From contig OY253683.1 in NCBI GenBank assembly GCA_958009085.1, positions 248,001 through 312,000 on the forward strand: a stretch of DNA of 64,000 nt. Direction: 5' to 3'. Every line of letters starts with the position of its first letter. Within the stretch, counting starts at the first letter, position 1. Of this stretch, positions 53,864-64,000 are shown piece after piece. Both the position numbers and the translations under genes were made by a program. A model generated the notes under the pieces. It saw only the letters and a list, made by a program, of their open reading frames with translations. It ran no database searches and had not been told where the DNA came from. Origin of the DNA: Protoeuglena noctilucae (Eukaryota).

Positions 53864-54865
53864 TCAGGTGACGTGGATAATAATTTTATCCGCGAATCGT
53901 GTCCAGGTGGCTTCCCGGGATTGCTGGTCTAGCTGTTTCAACCAGCTGACGCGGTCCTGGTGTCGGTCTGCAGTCCTCGAGCTCCTAAAACGTCCCCCGC
54001 GACGCCAACTCTCTCTTCTGTCTTCGCATGACCGGGCGGGACCTCAAAACACGCAGCGGTTCTTTCCGCAAGTTCTTACCGACCTCCGCCGGCGCCCGGC
54101 GCTTAGCCGCCCCCCCGCCCACCTCTTCCTTTTCCTGTCATTCATATCTTCGTCGCTCGGCGTGAGAACGGGTCTCGGCTTTAGCTGCTGCGACGCAGGC
54201 CGTTCGTGGCCCCGGCGGGGGCAGCAGACGAGCAGGTGACGGTGCGCGATGCTATCTCCACGTTGTTGGATCCATAGGCTGTGCGAGCGCACGAGCGGCG
54301 TCGCCCCCCGGCACCCCAGTTGCACGTGCTGACCTCGCTGGTCGCCCGCCCACATCCATCGTTTCGCGAGCCCCGAGCCGGGCGACGGCCCGTTTGCCGC
54401 AGGCGCGCTTGCGCATCCGTCGTGTCTTCATGTCGTGGCTGCTCTCGCGTTCTCTCAGCGCCTCGCGTGACGCGGGCGGCCTCAGAAGGCGGGGCAGGCC
54501 GCGTCAGCACCTCCCACGGGATGTGTGCGATGCGGCGCGTATATTCGACCCCGCAGGTGTATCTGACGTGTCGAGAATGTTGTCTCTCCAAGCTGGAACA
54601 GCCTCACTTCGCCCCGTGTGCCTGGGCGCGACGTGCGGATGCGACGGCCGCGGCATCTTCAGGTGCGCGCCGGCGCGCCGTTCGACTCCGCCGCGGGCCC
54701 ACTCGGCCACGGCTCTTGTATGTGTGGAGATACTCATCGCTTGAAAGGCAGCATTGGTCGTCCCGTGCCGCTGCGGCGCCAGGCGGTCCACCCTACAACC
54801 TACGCATGCCCGCGCAGAGCGACGCCTCGCCCGCCAGCTGGGTTCGCATGGCGGAAGGCAGTCAT
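53864..54865 (-). CDS. Possible small hypothetical gene
   Basis: Plausible last exons EKEEVGGGAAKRRAPAEV|DRHQDRVSWLKQLDQQSREATWTRFADKIIIHVT* joined at a GTAAGA donor; upstream exons unresolved. Confidence 0.25.
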
Positions 54866-55124
54866 AGAGCTGGGGGACGTGCGCGGGAGGGTCGGAGGGC
54901 TGTGGGGGGCGCGTGCGGGTCGTCGCCTCAACTGCCGCGTGCAGGCGTACCAGTGGCCGGGGTCGTCCGGAGCAGAAGAGAGCCGCACCGGTGAGGGCTC
55001 GGTGCGCATTCGTGCGCCAAGGAGCCACGGGTTGAGAGAGCAGAGCGTCGTTGTGACCGAAAGACGCTTTCCAACCCTCACAGTGACGACCCAGGCTGCC
55101 CAGCGTGCCGTCCCCTTCAACCGG

Positions 55125-57046
55125 ATGGGTGCCCGCCGCACGACCGCCACTCCCGTGGGCCCCGCGACGGCCTCGCCGGGCTCCCCGCGCCTCCCACCCA
55201 ACCGGCCCCCGACCCCGACGTGAGCGCGTGGGGCCGGGCCACCAGTCCTCTTTGCTTAAACCATCCGCATCTCACTCTGAACTGTCCCTCGCTCCTCGCA
55301 GAAGGGACCGGCCAGCGGGTGGCGCGTCGCTGCCCTGGCTCGTGCAGCACCGCGTGATGCCGGCGTCCTCGGAGGCGGGGCGGGCGCTCGAAGCGCTGCG
55401 TGAGAAGGAGCGGCAGCGGGCGGATCGCAGCGCGGCGCGGCCCCGCGAGGCCGTGGGCGCGCAGTCGCCGACGCGGGTGATCCGGGGAACGGTGTCCAAG
55501 GCCCCTGCAACCCCCCCCGCACGTGCGGGCAAGGGCGTGCAGATGAAGAGGCTGGTGCAGGAGGTGGAGCTGGAGTCCATGAAGGGCCTTATGGAGGGGG
55601 TGGGCGCGGAGCTCCTGTCGGCGGAGAAGTGGAGCTGGTTGAAGAAGCAGGCGAGGGTTGGGACGGCTCGCCTGTTGACGTTGGCGTTCCACCCCAAGGG
55701 GAGGCCCGGGCGCGACGTCTGGCGCGGTCCTGGTTCGCAGATCTACTTGGAAGAGTGCTGGCGGCCGCAAGTGTCCCTGCTGGTGTCGGTGGGGTTCAAG
55801 GCGCCGGATTTGGAGAGGCTCGTGGACGCCCGCTCGGACATCCTCGACTTCAAGCCGCAAGTGAGGGTCGTGCGGGGTCCTCGTTGCGGGCCCGCGACGG
55901 TGTGGTGCCTGCGCGGGTGGCTAAGAGGCAGGCCAAGGGTGACGGCAGGGCGCGGACTCGTTGGGTCGTGTCCCAACTTGGTTGGCTTTTTTGGTCGTAG
56001 GGCCTGAAGGCCAAGTTCGATTTCATGAAGGAGGAGCTGGGCTTGCCGGCGGAGGACGTCAAGCGGATCGTGCTCAAGTGCCCTCGCATCCTGGAGTACA
56101 AGCCCAACCGGACCATCGCACCGCGCCTGGCGTGGCTGGTGGAGGAGCTAGGCATCCCCAAGGCGGAAATGGGCAAGATCGTGCTGCGGGCGCCCCAGGT
56201 CATGTCCCTGTCGCTGGAGGAGTCGCTCAAGGCACGGGTCGACTACCTGGTGGCAGGCGCGGGTGTCGACCGGGCCGCGCTGGGCAAGGTCGTCCGCAAC
56301 CATCCCCTCGTGCTCACCTACTCGGAGGACAGCATGCAGAAGCGCGTCGAGTACCTGGTGCGTCCCTCCCTGACAGTGATGGTGCTGTTGACCGCAGCCT
56401 CGCCTGCATTGCAGGTTGTTGTCTGACTGGGCCCGAGCGGTCGCCTGCCTTTGCCCTTTTGCCACGCCGCCGTGTCTCCCTCGCTCTCAGTCGACGCTGG
56501 GGCTGACACGGGCGCAGGTGGGCAAGGCGGTGACGGCCCACCCCCATGTCCTGCACTACCGCATCCCGGCCATGCGCAAGCGGGTGCTGTTCCTGGAGCA
56601 GCAGGCCCTGTCGCGGGAGCAGATCGTGGACGTCTTGGTGCGCATGCCCCAGGTGTTCTCCCTGGACATCGAGGCCAACCTGAAGCCCAAGGTCGAGGTG
56701 TGGGCTGGCTTGCTGGCTTGTGGGCCGAAGCGTGTGGAAGCAGCGCAATGGCTTACCTCCCTGCCCCCCCGCTCGCTTCCCGCAGTATCTGAGGACGCAG
56801 ATGGGGGCGACCTCGGAGACCCTGGTCAAGTACCCGGGGATTTTGACGCTCAGCCTGGCCAACCGGATTGTGCCGCGCCACAAGTTCATGGCCGAGGTGG
56901 GCTACCCGGTGATTCACCCCCTGCCGCCCAACTTGCTCAAGTGCAGCGATCAGGAGTTCGCGGAGAAGCTGGGCACCAGCGTGGAGGCCTACGCCGAGTT
57001 CCGCGAACGCATCGCCAAGCGCCTGACGCAGGAGGGCATCCAGTAG
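55125..57046 (+). CDS. mTERF-family organellar nucleic-acid-binding protein
   Basis: Tandem repeats of about 36 aa: KCPRILEY..IAPRLAWL, RAPQVMSLSLEESLKARVDYL, RMPQVFSLDIEANLKPKVE, KYPGILTLSLANRIVPR. Confidence 0.93.
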
Positions 57047-57205
57047 GATGTCTGTGCGGCGCCAGGCTCATTAGATTGTAGATTTTGCTCTAGCCCAGGG
57101 TCCTGGGCCTACAGACTACGGGAAAAGCTTGCACCTTTTCCCTCCCCCTCTTGTGAATACTTGTGACGACTCCGCCGCGATCCCCGCCAGCTTTCTTTGA
57201 GCAAC

Positions 57206-59292
57206 ATGTCGTGTCGGGCGGCCCCGAGCGGCGCGCAATGCAGCTCCAGCTTCGGGGCGGTTGCGGCCGCCCGCGTGGCTTCCCCCATAGCCTCGCTCCG
57301 GCTCGGGCGGCACGTTCGCTGTAGGAGGAATGGAGGCGGGCGCGAGAGGTGCGGTGCAGCCCCGAATGCAGCCCGCTCGACCCCGTGCTATCCGGTGCAC
57401 GTATCTGCCGTGTGCACGCCGGCCGATCACCGGATTCCGTCGTCGATGTTCCTGCTGGCTCACAGATGGCTGTGATGGTCATTGGCATGATGTCGGGGCG
57501 ACCGCGGTGGCTGCACGAGGACGAATGCCCCGCCGTTCCCGCGCAGGTGGGTGGAGGCCCAGGCGGGGCCCAAGACCCCGAGCTGGCTGGACAAGGCCCT
57601 CTCCAGAGGTTACATGGATGTCAAGGAGCTCTCTGGCGTGCGAGTTGTGGTGGACGCGAAGGTCGAGGAGGAGGTGGACCGCGAGCTGCAGAACCCGGAC
57701 CTGAGCCCCCAGGAGCGGGCCAAGGTCCAGGCCAAGGCCCGCCCGAGGGTGGAGTATCTCGTGGAGTGGGCCGACGGAAGCGAGGTGAGCGGCCAGCTGC
57801 GCCTGGGCGGGTGCCCAGGGCCAGGCGATGCAGCGGGCGTCGCAACACAAGTAAGACCTGGCTTCTTGCAGGCGACGTGGGAGCCGGCTTCGAACCTCTC
57901 GAAGGATCTCCTGCGCGACTTTGAGTCCAAGTGGTGGAGGGCCTGCCGCACAGGTGCGTAGGGTAGGGAGGGCTGGATGGACACCCTCCCCGCGTGCCTG
58001 GCCCCTTCTCATCTGATAGCCTCTCCGTCCCATCGCACCGCAGGGGACGCGCAGACGATCGAGAAGATGCTCGCGACCGGTGGCACCCTGCTCGGCAACT
58101 CCATGGACGAGAACAGGCGGGCGGCCATGCACTTCACGGCGGCGACCAACAACCTCAAGTGCACCGAGCTCCTCGTGCAGTGCGGGGCCGAAGTCGACAT
58201 CGCGGACAAGGGTGCGGGCTGTGGGCAACTGCGACGGGTCCCACGCACTGCCCCGTGGCAGCCGACGTGTCCCCTGCCCCGCCCACGCAGACGGCTACAC
58301 GCCCCTACACATGGCGGCGGGCTATCTCCACGTCGACATGGTCAAGCTGCTGCTTCGGTACGGCGCAGACCCGGAGCAGCCGGACGCCAAGGGCCGGTCG
58401 CCCCTTGAGCTCGTGGAGGACCTCCGTCGGCAATACGAGGTCATGAACTCCCCGGCGCTGCTGGCGCGGCGCATGGCCCTGGAGGAGGTGGCCAAGGTCC
58501 TGACGGGTGCGTCCCAGCCTCCTGCTTCCCATGTGCATTGGAGGGGGAAGTTGGCTAGATGTGCATCCACGTCTGTTCATGGGTGTCTCGAGGGGATGTC
58601 TCTGCGTTGACCTGGCGATGACGAGACACGCTTCGTCTGCTGCGCAGAGAACACGTACGAGGAGATTGCGCCCGCGGCGGTGCTCGAGGCGCGGACCCGC
58701 GAGGACGGCACCCGGGAGTTCCTGTGCCAGTGGGAGGACGGGCAGGAGGACAGCTGGGTGGCGGAGAAGCACGTGTCGGTGGACGTGATGAACGACTTTG
58801 ACCAGGGGCTCGAGTACGCCGTGGCAGAGGCCGTCCTCGAGGAGCGGACGGACGCGGAGGGTGCGCGGGAGTTCCGCGTGCGGTGGGCCGACACCCGCGC
58901 CGAGACGTGGATTCCAGAGGTGGGTCGAGGAGGGCGTGTGACAGGGGGGGGACCGAACCGGGGCGTGTGGGCCGTTGGGAGAGCGCCCTGCGTGCTGGTC
59001 GCCCTCTCAGATGTACGTGTCGGAGGACATGGTGGTCATGTGGGAGGCGCAGAAGGCGGGGAAGGACCCGATGGCGGCCTGGCGGCAGTGGATGACGGAC
59101 CGCCTGGAGCAGCAGAGGCTCGACGACGAGCGGGCGCAGCTGGAGGCGAGGGCGTCGGCGATGAACCTGCAGCAGATGGCGCAGGTGCAGCAGATGGCGC
59201 AGGCGCAGCAGGCGCGGGAGATGGCGGGCGTCGGCGTGGGCGCCGGAGCTGCGCCCTCGGCGGCACTCGAGGCGGAGCTCGGGAGGCTGTAG
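57206..59292 (+). CDS. cpSRP43: Chloroplast signal recognition particle 43-kDa subunit
   Basis: Chromodomain (EYLVEWADG..TWEP), ankyrin repeats (RAAMHF, GYTPLHMAAGY, GRSPLEL) and two further chromodomains (EFLCQWEDG, EFRVRWAD). Confidence 0.93.
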
Positions 59293-59300
59293 GCTTCAAG

Positions 59301-60149
59301 TCAGGAGGCTGCTGCTTCGCGGCGCCTCAGCACGAAGATGCTGCCCTTGTTGGCGCGAAGGACGCGGAGGTTGGGGTCCACGTAGAGGATCTTCCACGTG
59401 CCGGCAGCGTTAGGCGCGCGGCGCTCGAACTGGCGCGACGTCAACGTGACGCCGAAGAGCGAGAAGCGCACGCTCTCGAAGTTGACGCGCACCTTGTCCC
59501 CTGCCAAAATGTCGAAACTTGCCTGGAGATCGGCCCTGCGCGGTGTGGTTGGCGGGTGGGCCCACTCAGCTAGCAGGCTGGGGCAGCCAGAGACGCTGGG
59601 GCCGCGCTGTGCACCTGAGGGCGCGCACCTCAGCGGACCGAGCACGGCCGAGTTCACGAGCCGCGACGGAAAGTCCTCGATCCGCTGCGACACTTCGGAG
59701 GCCGTGAAAGGGCCGAACCGACCGGCGCTGCTCCCCGTATTGGTCGAGAACAGCAAGTCGTGCGTCCCGTTGAAGAGCGCCGGCTCAGAGGTACACGTCT
59801 GAGCGCGGTCCGAGCTCTGCACGAGCGCGTCGATCAGCTCCTTCATCCTGGCCGCCTGCTCGGCTGTCGGCGTGCCACCAATGGGGCCAATCGCCTCGCA
59901 CAGCGCGATCAGCTCGGTCTTGTGCGTGGACGACGATGCAGCTGCAACGAGAACCCTTTAGTTATCACTCAAGCGCCCCGCACCGCGAAGGCGGCCCCTC
60001 CCGGCGATCTAGAGCATGACGAAGCTCCGCTCACCATCCGTGGCGACCACAGCTCGGGCGAACGACGCTAGGCGACGATGTGGTCGGTGCGACACCCCCC
60101 GCAGAGTGCACGGCAGGTGGGTGCTTGGTACGGGTGCCAAGGACAACAT
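59301..60149 (-). CDS. PAP/fibrillin-family plastid lipid-associated protein
   Basis: KTELIALC..IDAL, LFNGTHDLLFST, WKILYVDPNLRVLRANKGSIFVLRR. Confidence 0.85.
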
Positions 60150-60516
60150 TTTTGTGCGTGGAGACCGTTGTTGGGTGTAACCAGCAGCAGCTCGTAGCTT
60201 TCTAAGCGCAGAGCTTGCGGATGCAACGCATGCACGCCGTAAATTGGGACATGTGCTTTCTTGCTTGACGTCGTTTGACGGAAAGAAAGGCGCCAAGGCG
60301 CCAGACAGGTACCAGCAACGTCAGAGTCGCTCGTCCCCCCACCATCACTACGCGACCCTATCCACATCCAAGCTTCAAACGTCTCACTCCTTCTTGACAG
60401 GCTGCGTCCTGCATGGGCAAAGGGCGTCAAGCGTCTTCACACACTCCTCCTCGCCACGCCTGATGCGGCACCGGAGCGAATGGCGCCGCAGAAGTGCAGA
60501 GCCGGCCCCAGCCCGC

Positions 60517-61181
60517 TCACCTCTTCTCTGGGCCGCCCAGGCTGGGTGGTAGCGCGCTCTGGAGCACCGGGAGCGTCCCCTTGCTCCAGTCCTGAGCTGC
60601 CCCCCACCGCGCCAAGTTGAACGTCTGGACGCTGACATTGGACGTGTGGCACGCGAGCAGGAGGTAGTTGCGAGGCTTGACCATCCAGGCGAAACGCATG
60701 AAGAGGGAGCTGCGGGGAGACAGCAAGCCGGCGAGCATGCGAACCGGACCAAGGGAGCCGCCCTGCGCCAGCGGGTGACTGCCCCGGCGCACCTGTAGAC
60801 GGCCATCACGGCTGTCATGCTGGGAGAAAGCTGCTCGGGCGGCTTCTGGCTGTCGATGGCGCCCTGCAAGTTCACGAACGAAGAAAGAGTGTCCTCGACG
60901 GAAACCCCGCGTCCTGGCACCGACAATGGCGACACGCGCGGGCGATGGCATCGTCGACAAGAACGAAGCCATCGAAGAGGTTTCCAGCCGGCCCCTGCCC
61001 CTTGATGCAGCTGGGCAGCGTCGGTTAGCACATGAGGGCCGCAGCGCGCAAGCGCCCGGGCACTCACCGCGATGACGAACCCCCAGTTAGCGACAGGACC
61101 CCAGAAGTGAGTCGTCCGCCAGCCTTGCGGGCCGGTGAGCCACGCGCGCAGCGCGGACTGGCCGGCCGTGCCCGCGGACAT
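60517..61181 (-). CDS. MPC1: Mitochondrial pyruvate carrier subunit
   Basis: [49 protein letters not shown]. Confidence 0.93.
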
Positions 61182-61527
61182 CCCTCCCCACCAGCCCAGC
61201 TCCCGGCTCGCAGCCCGCACGCCCTACGCGAGGACGCAAGTAAGGTCGTCACGCCAAATCACCAAATCTCGGGCCCGGTTCCACCGGATTCGGCCAAACA
61301 CCACTGCAGGTCAGCCCGCAAGCCACAAGAGTCTGAAGTCCCGGCAGCGGCAGAAGAAGCGAGTGATATTTGAACCCGCCCCGCACTCCGAGGAGCGCCT
61401 GGCTTCCGAGGAGCTTGCGTCAGAAACAGCCAGTCCTTTCGTGTCGCCACGCCGCGGAACAGAGGACCGCCCCGGGACACCCCGCCCTTTTCTCGAGTCA
61501 TAACGCTGGGCATTGTGACTCGCGGCC

Positions 61528-62677
61528 ATGTCGGACGTCCAGGCCGTCCAGACCTTCGGGCGGAAGAAGACGGCTGTGGCCGGTACGTGCGCGGGCGCGC
61601 CCCGCCGGCAAGCGTGCGTCGCCGACTCCTTTCACAGGCTTTCCGCGCGAAGGCGCTGGGGCGTCAGGGGGCGCGGACGGGCTCCCGGTCGGGCGGGGGG
61701 CCCGAGCTGAGGCGCCGAGCGACGCGCGAGCCTTCCTGCCCGCAGTCGCCCACTGCAAGCGGGGGAGGGGGATCATCCACATCAACGGGTGCCCCCTGAC
61801 GACGGTGAAGCCCGCCGTTCTGCAATGGAAGGTCTTTGAGCCCCTGAACCTGCTCGGCAGGCAGCGGTTTGCGGACCTGGACATCCGCGTGCGGGTCAAG
61901 GGCGGCGGGAGGTGCGTCTCGGGCGGGGAGGGCTGGCACCATCGCCGGCGGGCCACCCCGGGCCTTCTCTGGCCCCCGCTTCGCGCCCGCTCCGTTCTTT
62001 GGATGGTTTTGTGCCACCTAGCGCCGCCGATGGCGTGGAGCGGGACCCCTGCGCTCCGTGGGGCGTGGGGGAAGGTCTCCCAGCGCGGGGGCCGCGCTGG
62101 CGGGGACCCCGCGGTCACCACCCGATGGCTGGGTCGCGGCATGTTGCGGTGGCGCGCTCGGCCCGGCGCTTGCGCCCTGGAGCGCGGCATCCGGGGCACG
62201 GCCGGCGCGCGCCGATGAACGCGTCTCGCCGCGCTCGTGGGGCCACGCCGCCGTCGCCCCGAGCCCCCGTGCACATTAGGGACGTTCGCAGAGCGCAACC
62301 CCGCCTCCTTCCGTCGCGCAGGATTGCCCAGATCTACGCCATCCGCCAGGCCATCTGCAAGGCCATCGTGTCCTTCTACCAGAAGTACGTGGACGAGTCG
62401 TCCAAGAACGAGATCAAGGCGAGCTCCCGCGCCAGGGGCCTCCTCGCGCCGCGCCCTGGGCACGCACACGCCGGGGCGATGGAGCACCTGCATGGCGCTG
62501 TGGACGTCGCAGTGGCAGGTGGTGGCGCCGCGACGCAGCCCATTCGCTTCCCATCATCTGCAGGAGGTGCTGCTGAACTACGACCGCTCCCTCCTGGTGG
62601 CGGACCCCCGCCGGTGCGAGCCCAAGAAGTTCGGCGGCCGGGGCGCCCGCGCCCGGTTCCAGAAGTCCTACCGCTAA
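61528..62677 (+). CDS. RPS16: 40S ribosomal protein S16 (uS9)
   Basis: [59 protein letters not shown]. Confidence 0.98.
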
Positions 62678-63010
62678 ACGAGGTGAGAGGAAGTGGCAGG
62701 CTCTGTGCATTTTGAGCCGCTATTGTGTCGCAGCAGCCCCAGGGGACGAGCTTGACCTGGGCTCGCGCATCGCTCGCAGGACTGTGGGGCGGGGGGCGCT
62801 CAACGGTAGCCAGCCACCAGGGTCGGAGCCGAGCATCGCCCTCTCGTTCGGCGCCGCCGCGCTGCCTGCCTGGCCTGGCTGCGGTCCCTTTGCCCGCCCA
62901 CCCGCATAGCCTCTCGCTCCTGGTGCATGTTCGTTGGCCAGGCGACACCGCATGGGGTGAAGACGGGCGGGCCGCCCGCTTTTGAAGCCGTGGACTACTT
63001 CACACGCTCG

Positions 63011-63882
63011 CTAGATTCGCATGTCCGACATGTATGCCTCGGTGACGCCGCGGTGGATGGCAGATTCGAGCGCCTGCGGATCCACGCCCCGGCTCAGCGT
63101 GGGCTTGGGGAGCTCCCGCCGCCTCTCGACCCCGCCGCCCACCCCGGCCTTCACGGCGGCCTGCTCGATCAAAAGGCCTTTCATTCGCTCCTTCAGCGCC
63201 CTCTTCCTGCACGATAGTAAGGTGGGGAGCTCAATCTCGGCCAGCCCCAAGTCACCGACACCACCCGGAGACCGGAAAGGCCTGGCAGAACGCCCCGCGC
63301 ATGTCAGCGCCCGATACTCACCGTGCCTTGGAGCCCAGGCCCTTGGACGTCGTGCGGCTCTGGGAACGCAGCTCCCTCATCTTCGATCTTATGGCGCGGC
63401 TCATCCTTACTCCCAGCCTGCGAATCCAAGAGAGGCAGCTCGGTCACGCCGGCAGGGTCGCGGCTGCCCACCGCCCTGCACGCTTGGCCCCGCCCCTTGC
63501 GCCCGCACTTGTGCTTGGCGCGCCCAGTGACGGGCGGCTGTTCTCGGGACGTGGACGGAGGGGACTCGTCGTTCGGCGTCGTCGGAACCCTGCTTGTCAC
63601 ATCCACGCGCTCCAGGTCGTCCGTTGCCATGGCCTCGTCGCCCGACTCGTCCGAATCGTCCTCGCGCACGGCGCGACCGCCCATGCCTGGGAACGGCAGA
63701 GCGGAGTTGTCATTGACGCACGCAACGGCATCGATTCTTGTGCCCCAGCCAACCCGGCCCCCGTCGATTTCACCTGTCAACTCAGCCGCCGCCGCCTCCT
63801 GATCATCCCCCGCATCTTCTCGCCGCGCCTTTCTGCTGCGAGCGCGCTTGACCTTCTTGCGCTTCGCGTAACCAGCTTTCAT
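63011..63882 (-). CDS. Hypothetical protein with a basic N-terminus (start uncertain)
   Basis: K/R-rich start MKAGYAKRKKVKRARSRK, acidic middle region and protein-like last exon ELPTLLSCRKRALKERMK..MSDMRI*. Confidence 0.4.
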
Positions 63883-64000
63883 CCCCCAAACTGAGCCCTG
63901 TTGACGCAAAAGCTCGGGCCAAGCACGTGCTGTATCCTGCCGCTGCCAAGTGCGCTAGCCGAGCCCTGACGACGATGGCAGCTTTGGATGACATGGAGAA

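Noticed and set aside
53876..53896. Small AT-rich hairpin gtggataa-taatt-ttatccgc
   Set aside because: It is too short to be significant and possibly lies within a coding exon; there is no tRNA or ncRNA context.
62670..62677. Non-standard nuclear code (TAA/TAG read as Gln) or selenocysteine recoding
   Set aside because: TAA terminates RPS16 exactly at its conserved end and TAG ends other genes; the in-frame stops I examined fall within introns.

Overview
GC-rich, gene-dense eukaryotic nuclear DNA, most likely from a flagellated green alga (inferred from cpSRP43, fibrillin, thylakoid signal peptidase and an STPG/SHIPPO-repeat gene). About 28 intron-containing host genes, mostly housekeeping or organelle-targeted, lie in near-alternating orientation with very short spacers. 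Most introns are about 80-170 nt, so most entries in the ORF track are exon fragments or shadow ORFs. The main accessory feature is a 5,573-bp DNA transposon (13317-18889). It has CATC...GATG terminal inverted repeats, a 2-bp TT target-site duplication and GATCCC subterminal repeats. It encodes an apparently intact, spliced Plavaka/EnSpm(CMC)-like DDE transposase and possibly a second, divergent transcript. Other observations: many GC-AG introns (including in the transposase), a 37-bp element repeated 49 kb apart, a chlorophyllase-like gene with a frameshift and no catalytic Ser, and convergent genes whose stop codons are only 8 bp apart. Gene spans are manual reconstructions that include introns, and some start codons are uncertain. 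No database searches were run.
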